Assembly (NCBI GenBank): GCA_964016885.1
Contig: OZ024751.1
Location: forward strand, 46,996,001 to 47,060,000
Reading direction: 5' to 3'
From: Eledone cirrhosa
Taxonomy: Eukaryota
DNA: 64,000 nt
Part shown: piece by piece, positions 56,809-64,000 of the stretch
How positions within the stretch are numbered: position 1 is the first letter of the stretch
Layout of the letters: every line of letters begins with the position of its first letter
Made by a program: the position numbers and the translations under genes
Notes under the pieces: model-generated
The model's input: the letters and a program-made list of their open reading frames with translations, nothing else
Databases searched by the model: none
What the model was told of the DNA's origin: nothing

Positions 56809-57265
56809 CCATCCCCTCTGCCTCTATGTCTCTCCTCTTCTTTCACCACCTCCGCCTCTCTCCCTCCCATCTTCTGTTTCCTCGAACGTTCTCTCCCCCT
56901 CTCCTCCGCCTCCTTCTCTCTCTCTCTCTTCCCCTTCTTTCACCCCTTCTGCCTCTCTCTCTCTCTTCTCCCCCCCTCCCACCCGTTCTAATTGTTAGCA
57001 ACTGAGCCCTATAGACTAATAAATCTATTTAAAGCAAACACATACCTCCCCTCCCCTCCACCTCAGTTGACCACCGTTCCCTCTGCCCAGCCTCACTCTC
57101 TCACTTACTCCCCCTCTCCTCCCTCTCTATCTCTCTATATGGCCCCCACTTTAGGCTGGCGCCATTCATTGGTCACGGTAGGCAATGATGAGTGTAGGTG
57201 TGAGGGAAGTAGGAGGGGGTAAGGTAAGGTTGGCCATGTCTTAAAGGTGAGTTTCTTGATCTTGC

Positions 57266-57299
<34 letters not shown>

Positions 57300-57469
57300 G
57301 CATTGTCATTGTCATTACCATTAGCATCATCATCATCATCATCATCACAGTCGTCAGCATCATCACCATCACTGCTACCTTCTTCTTCATTGATATCATT
57401 ATCATCATCATCATCATCATCTTTCTTTGGCAGTTTGTGTATCTGCTGATGAAGAATGTGGCAGCCACT

Positions 57470-57482
57470 ACGACAGCAACAG

Positions 57483-57514
<32 letters not shown>

Positions 57515-60500
57515 CAAACAGCAACAACACCAACAACAACACCACCAACAACAACACCACCACCAACAACACCAACAACAACAACACCACCACCAACAAC
57601 AACACCACCACCAACAACACCAACACCAACAACACCACCAACAACAACAACACCAACAACAACAACACCAACAACAACACCACCAACAACAACACCACCA
57701 ACAACAACACCACCACCAACAACACCGCCACCAACACCACCACCAACAACAACACCACCACCAGCAACAACACCAACAACAACACCACCACCAACAACAC
57801 CACCACCAACAACACCACCAACAACAACACCACCACCAACAACAACACTAACAACACCACCACCAACAACACCACCAACAACACCACCACCAACAACACC
57901 ACCAACAACAACACCACCACCAACAACAACACCAACAACAACACCACCAACAACAACACCAGCAACAACACCAACAACAACACCACCACCAACACCAACA
58001 ACAACAACAACACCAACAACAACACCAACAACAACACAAACAGCAACAACACCAACAACAACACCACCACCAACAACACCACCAACAACACCAACAACAA
58101 CACCACCACCAACAACACCACCACCAACAACACCACCAACAACAACAACACCAACAACAACACCACCACCAACAACACCACCAACAACAACAACAACACC
58201 ACCACCAACAACAACACCAACAACAACACCACCACCAACAACAACACCAACAACAACACCACCAACAACAACAACACCAACAACACCACCACCAACAACA
58301 CCACCAACAACAACAACAACAACACCACCACCAACAACACCAACAACAACACCACAACCAACAACACCACCACCAACAACACCACCACCAACAACACCAC
58401 CAACAACAACAACAACACCAACAAGAACAACACCAACAACAACACCACCACCAACAACAACAACAACAACAACAACACCACCAACAACAACACCAACAAC
58501 AACACCACCAACAACAACAACACCAACAACACCACCACCAACAACAACACCAACAACAACAACACCAACAACAACACCACCACCAACAACACCACCACCA
58601 ACAACAACAACACCAACAACAACACCACCAACAACAACAACACCAACAACAACAACACCAACAACAACACCAACAACAACACCACCAACAACAACAACAC
58701 CAACAACACTACCACCAACAACAACACCAACAACAACACCACCAACAACAACAACACCAACAACAACACCACCAACAACACCACCACCAACAACAACACC
58801 AACAACACCACCAACACCAACAACACCAACAACAACACCACCAACAACAACAACACCAACAACAACATCACCACCAACAACAACACCAACAACACCACCA
58901 CCAACAACACCACCAACAACAACACCACCAACAACAACAACACCAACAACAACACCACCAACAACACCACCAACAACAACAACACCAACAACACCACCAA
59001 CACCAACAACACCAACAACAACACCACCAACAACAACAACACCAACAACAACACCACCACCAACAACAACACCAACAACACCACCACCAACAACACCACC
59101 AACAACAACACCAACAACAACACCAACAACACCACCAACAACAACAACACCAACAACGACAACACCAACAACACCACCACCAACAACACCACCAACAACA
59201 ACACCACCAACAACGACAACACCAACAACAACAACACCAACAACAACACCACCACCAACAACACCACCAACAACAACAACACCAACAACAAAACACCACC
59301 ACCAACAACACCAACAACAACAACACCACCACCAACACCACCACCAACAACACCACCAACAACAACAACACCAACAACAACACCACCAACAACAACAACA
59401 CCAACAACAAAACACCACCACCAACAACACCAACAACAACAACAACACCAACAACACCACCACCAACAACACCACCAACAACAACACCACCAACAACAAC
59501 ACCACCAACAACAACAACACCAACAACAAAACACCACCACCAACAACACCAACAACAACAACAACACCAACAACACCACCACCAACAACACCACCAACAA
59601 CAACACCACCAACAACAACACCACCAACAACAACAACACCAACAACAAAACACCACCACCAACAACACCAACAACAACAACAACACCAACAACACCACCA
59701 CCAACAACACCACCAACAACAACAACACCAACAACAACACCACCAACAACAACAACACCAACAACAAAACACCACCACCAACAACACCAACAACAACAAC
59801 AACACCAACAACACCACCACCAACAACACCACCAACAACAACAACACCAACAACAAAACACCACCACCAACAACACCACCAACAACAACAACACCAACAA
59901 CACCACCACCAACAACACCACCAACAACAACAACAACACCAACAACAACACCAACAACAACAACACCAACAACAACACCACCAACAACAACACCAACACC
60001 AACAACAACACCAACAACAACACCACCACCAACACCACCAACAACAACAACACCAACAACAACACCACCACCAACAACAACACCACCACCAACAACAACA
60101 CCAACAACAACACCACCAACAACAACAACACCAACAACAACACCACCACCAACAACAACACCAACAACAACACCACCACCAACAACACCAACAACAACAC
60201 CACCACCAACAACAACACCACCACCAACAACAACACCAACAACAACACCAACAACAACAACAACACCAACAACAACACCACCACCAACAACAACACCACC
60301 AACAACAACACCAACACCAACAACAACACCAACAACAACACCACCACCAACACCACCAACAACAACAACACCAACAACAACACCACCACCAACAACAACA
60401 CCACCACCAACAACAACACCAACAACAACACCACCAACAACAACAACACCAACAACAACACCACCACCAACAACAACACCAACAACAACACCACCACCAA

Positions 60501-60820
60501 CAACACCAACAACAACACCACCACCAACAACAACACCACCACCAACAACAACACCAACAACAACACCACCAACAACAACAACACCAACAACAACACCACC
60601 ACCAACAACAACACCAACAACAACACCACCACCAACAACACCACCAACAACACCACCACCAACAACAACACCAACAACAACACCACCACCAACAACACCA
60701 CCAACAACACCACCACCAACAACAACACCACCAACAACAACACCAACAACAACACCAACAACAACACCAACAACAACACCAACAACACCAACAACAACAC
60801 CACCACCAACAACAATAACA
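57470..60820 (+). repeat. 3.3-kb cryptic (ACA/CCA)n trinucleotide array
   Basis: Almost exclusively A and C; long ORFs on both strands. Confidence 0.95.
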
Positions 60821-60877
60821 AGAGCTGTATATTTATAGATTTTAAGAAAAGGTCTCCCTTCTTTGACCAACAGTAAC

Positions 60878-61110
60878 CATTATGTTTCTACTTTTGGCAC
60901 AAGGCCAGCAAATACCCAGTGCATTACTGGTACTTTGTTTTATCGACCCCGTAAGGATGAAAGGCAAAGTTAACCTCGGCGGGATTTGAACTCAGAATGG
61001 CAAGGGCCGTAACTCTATGCGTCAAAGCATGGCGTCCGACCCTCTACCGATACTACCAATCCACCACCCTAGCATGGCGTCCGACCCTCTACCGATACTG
61101 TCAATCCACC
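60878..61110 (-). mobile_element. tRNA-derived SINE with duplicated head
   Basis: Homology to the consensus; AGCATGGCGTCCGACCCTCTACCGATACT occurs twice. Confidence 0.9.
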
Positions 61111-61239
61111 GCCACAGCAATAATAATGGACAGGAAGAGGGATTCAGCGACCTCCAGAGGAACTACGAGATTGGTACAAAGGAAGAGAAAGAAGATTCTA
61201 GTTAGCAGTGCTGGAAGATGTTATTTTGAACGCCCAGAA

Positions 61240-61458
61240 GGGCGGTGGATTGGCAGAATTGGTAGAGCGACGGACAGCATGCTTAACGGCATAGTTACGG
61301 CCCTTTACGTTCTGAGTTCAAATCCCACTGATGTTAACTTTGCCTTTCATCCTTACGGGGTCGATAAATAAAGTACCAGTAACGCACTGGGCCAATTTAA
61401 TCGACTTTACCTTTCCCTTCAAATTGCCGGCCTTAAGCCAAAAAGTAGAAACAGTTAT
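61240..61458 (+). mobile_element. tRNA-derived SINE
   Basis: Homology to the window's SINE consensus. Confidence 0.9.
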
Positions 61459-62024
61459 TTTGAATGTCCAGAAATGCACCATTAATTATAAGTACGTAAA
61501 CCTCTGAAATAGACCCCGGGAGAGACCTTCAATTTGAAAGCCCAACCGGTTATACGGACCGATAGAAGTAAGATTCTTCACGAAAAATGAGCCAAGAATT
61601 TATTTTATCAGCCAACTGATGAGCGAAGAGTTCCATTGATACCAACTTATTTTGAGGACAATTATGTTAACGTATAAGCATAGCATATGGTGTCCACAAT
61701 TTCAACTAGTCGGCTACACAGACCACAAATTTCTGATTAGCAGGGTCCTTCTAAACAGAGCACAGAGACAGGGACCCGGTTAATGAAAGCTGAACGTATA
61801 TTTCCTGGTACGCAGAGACTACAGCAGCCGGAAGAATGGGTTAGAGACATTTGACGGGGGCAATCATCAAAAAATCTGTGGTGTGGCCATGTTTGGATTT
61901 AGACCTTAGAAGGCCCGAACCGGGGAACTTCAGGTTTAGGGGGCCTCTCATACACAAACCCAGCAAACGTCAAATTTTACATATCAAAGTTAGTTTGTTA
62001 TACATGTGTCAGTCGATCGACTTT

Positions 62025-62213
62025 CGTCAAATCGGACTGAGGAAACAATGTTTCCATTGGTCTTTCCAATTGCTAGTACTATCTATCGGTCGAAACTACT
62101 GGTAGAAGGAGCAACGTGAAATATAGTGTCTTGCTCAAGGACATAACGCATCGCCCGGTCCGGGAATCGAACTCACAACCTTTGCAAATCCAATCCTCTA
62201 ACCACTCAGTCAC
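62025..62213 (-). mobile_element. Second tRNA-derived SINE family
   Basis: Minus strand GTGACTGAGTGGTTAG (A box)...GAGTTCGATTCCC (B box)...TGTCCTTGAGCAAGACACT (CORE/V-type domain motif). Confidence 0.75.
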
Positions 62214-63516
62214 AGGTATTAAATTCAAAAGATCTAACCATTCTAAAACTAAAAAGCCCAGCTAAGGGCACAAATAAAGGGCTACGGCCGTCGCTGGTTT
62301 TGTATCATTGTTAGGAAATAATTATTATAACCAGCAAGAGATCCACCAAGTGGTACACCAAGCTGCTAAATATAGGCACGAATTCTCCCTCAATGGAAGG
62401 AGACATTGGATAATGAAGGTGGAGCTATACATGTTGGCGTGTGTTATTATGTTTAGTGTCTGTGTACGTATGTGCCATCTATGTGTTTATGTGTGTTTAT
62501 GCCTGTGTATATTGTTGTGAATGTGGTGCGCGCACGTGTTATACATATGTTTATATGGCGTGTGCGGTGTATGCTTGTGTGTATGTGTAAGTGTGTGTGT
62601 ATGTTTGTGTTTGTGTGTGTGTTGTGTGCGTATGTGCGTGTATGTGGTGTGTTGCGTGGTGAGTGTGTGATTATGTATGTGATGTGTTGTGTGTATGTGG
62701 GTATTTGTGGATGTTTGTGTGTAATGTGTTGTGTGATGTGCATGTGTGTGTGTGTGTAAAAGTATATTTGTATAAGTGTGTATTTGTGTGTGTGTGTGTA
62801 AGAGTGTATTTGTGTAAGTGTGTGTGTGTGTGTGTGCGTGTGTGAGCATGTATATACGTCTGTGCGTATGTGTATGTGTATACGACTATGTGTATGCGTG
62901 TATGTGCATACATCTTTGTGTATCTGTATACGTCTATGTGTATGTGTGTATGATGTGTAATGAGTGCTGTGGTGTGCGTGTATCTGTGTACATGTGTGTA
63001 TATATATATATATATGCATGTATGTGATGTATGTATGCGGTGTGTATAGTAGAAGGAGAGTATTTTAAACCGGTTGACCAGTGTCTATTTCCTAGCCCCT
63101 CTGTCAACCAACCGTGACCCCACACTTACTTTACAGTCGCCTCATTTAACACTGTACATTTACCGAAAATATATACACCCGTTCCTATATATATATATAT
63201 ATACATTCGTTCTTCCGTTCATGTTTAGTGTTGCTGTTGTTGTTATTGTACCAATGTTGTGTTCTACATATTGTTGACGTGGTTGTTGTTGTCTTATTTA
63301 TTTGTTTGCTGGTATTGTCCCGAACTCTCTCTGTCGGTCTGTATGTATGTATGTGTGTGTGTATGTATGTATGTGTCTATGTATATGTGTCTGCATGCAT
63401 GTATGCATACATGCATTTATGTATGTATATATGTATATATGTATATATGTATATATGTATATATGTGTGTTTGTATGCAAGAGAAAAAAAAAACATTTAT
63501 TCAGTCATCTTGGAGA

Positions 63517-63547
<31 letters not shown>

Positions 63548-63580
63548 CGTGTGTGTGTCTGTATGTGTGTGTGTGTGTGC

Positions 63581-63783
63581 AAGAAAAGAGTCAGGACCCC
63601 GACGGCTGAGCTCCGGACGTTTCGACAGCTAGATCCGAACCGTTCGGATCTACCTGTCGAAACGGCCGGAGCTCAGCCGTAGGGGTCCTGACTCTTTTCC
63701 TGTTACCCACTCTACTACCCTAAGTACCGAGTACTCTGTCTGGTGCGTTAGGGTCCACCTGGTTCCTTACCATACCTCCTTCG

Positions 63784-63785
<2 letters not shown>
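63581..63785. mobile_element. Fold-back element family F
   Basis: Palindrome centred at about 63641; GAAACGGCCGGAGCTCAGCCGTAGGGGTC. Confidence 0.85.
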
Positions 63786-63827
<42 letters not shown>

Positions 63828-63830
<3 letters not shown>

Positions 63831-64000
63831 GAGGTTATATTTAATTTGTTGGGATTCAACAAGCTTAAACATTTTTATAACTGATATAAAGCACTCAACA
63901 AGTTACTATCTCCACTATCCAGGAAGCTCCAACCGTTAAGGTTGTCTTTTTTCCGGGTATGTCAATATTTATTTATAAAACAAATCTGTATTTTATCTGA
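63828..64000 (+). mobile_element. Relative of the 44661 family, running off the window at the start of its HHR
   Basis: TTGTTGGGAT.CAACAAGC...TATAACTGATATAAAGCACTC; ends ATTTTAT-CTGA. Confidence 0.7.

Noticed and set aside
57241-60876. Four ORFs over 1100 aa (mucin-like PT, poly-N/T, poly-V/G, poly-L/V)
   Set aside because: An A/C-only trinucleotide array has almost no stop codons, so long ORFs arise on both strands; no domain or unique sequence.

Overview
Eukaryotic, AT-rich, microsatellite-saturated DNA; the repeat landscape suggests an octopus or other coleoid cephalopod (inference). The only intact cellular gene seen is a single-ORF neurogenin-family bHLH gene (1746-4946, +, 1066 aa) inflated by homopolymer tracts. 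The rest is simple repeats, many copies of a tRNA-derived SINE, mariner-type MITEs, fragments of three retrotransposon clades (Tx1/L1-like, Penelope-like, CRE-like) and a 5-kb array of a 50-bp satellite. The hidden structure is RNA. Many short, often fold-back elements inserted in (TA)n tracts carry hammerhead ribozyme (HHR) cores, as does the pLTR of the Penelope-like element. One multi-copy family carries the full HHR catalytic core in a non-circularly permuted, multiply pseudoknotted arrangement, with stem II replaced by a helical junction. Its six helices are supported by compensatory changes among three diverged subfamilies in this window. Non-repetitive islands downstream of neurogenin carry high-affinity Hes/E(spl)-type sites. 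Structures were folded by eye and activity is untested.
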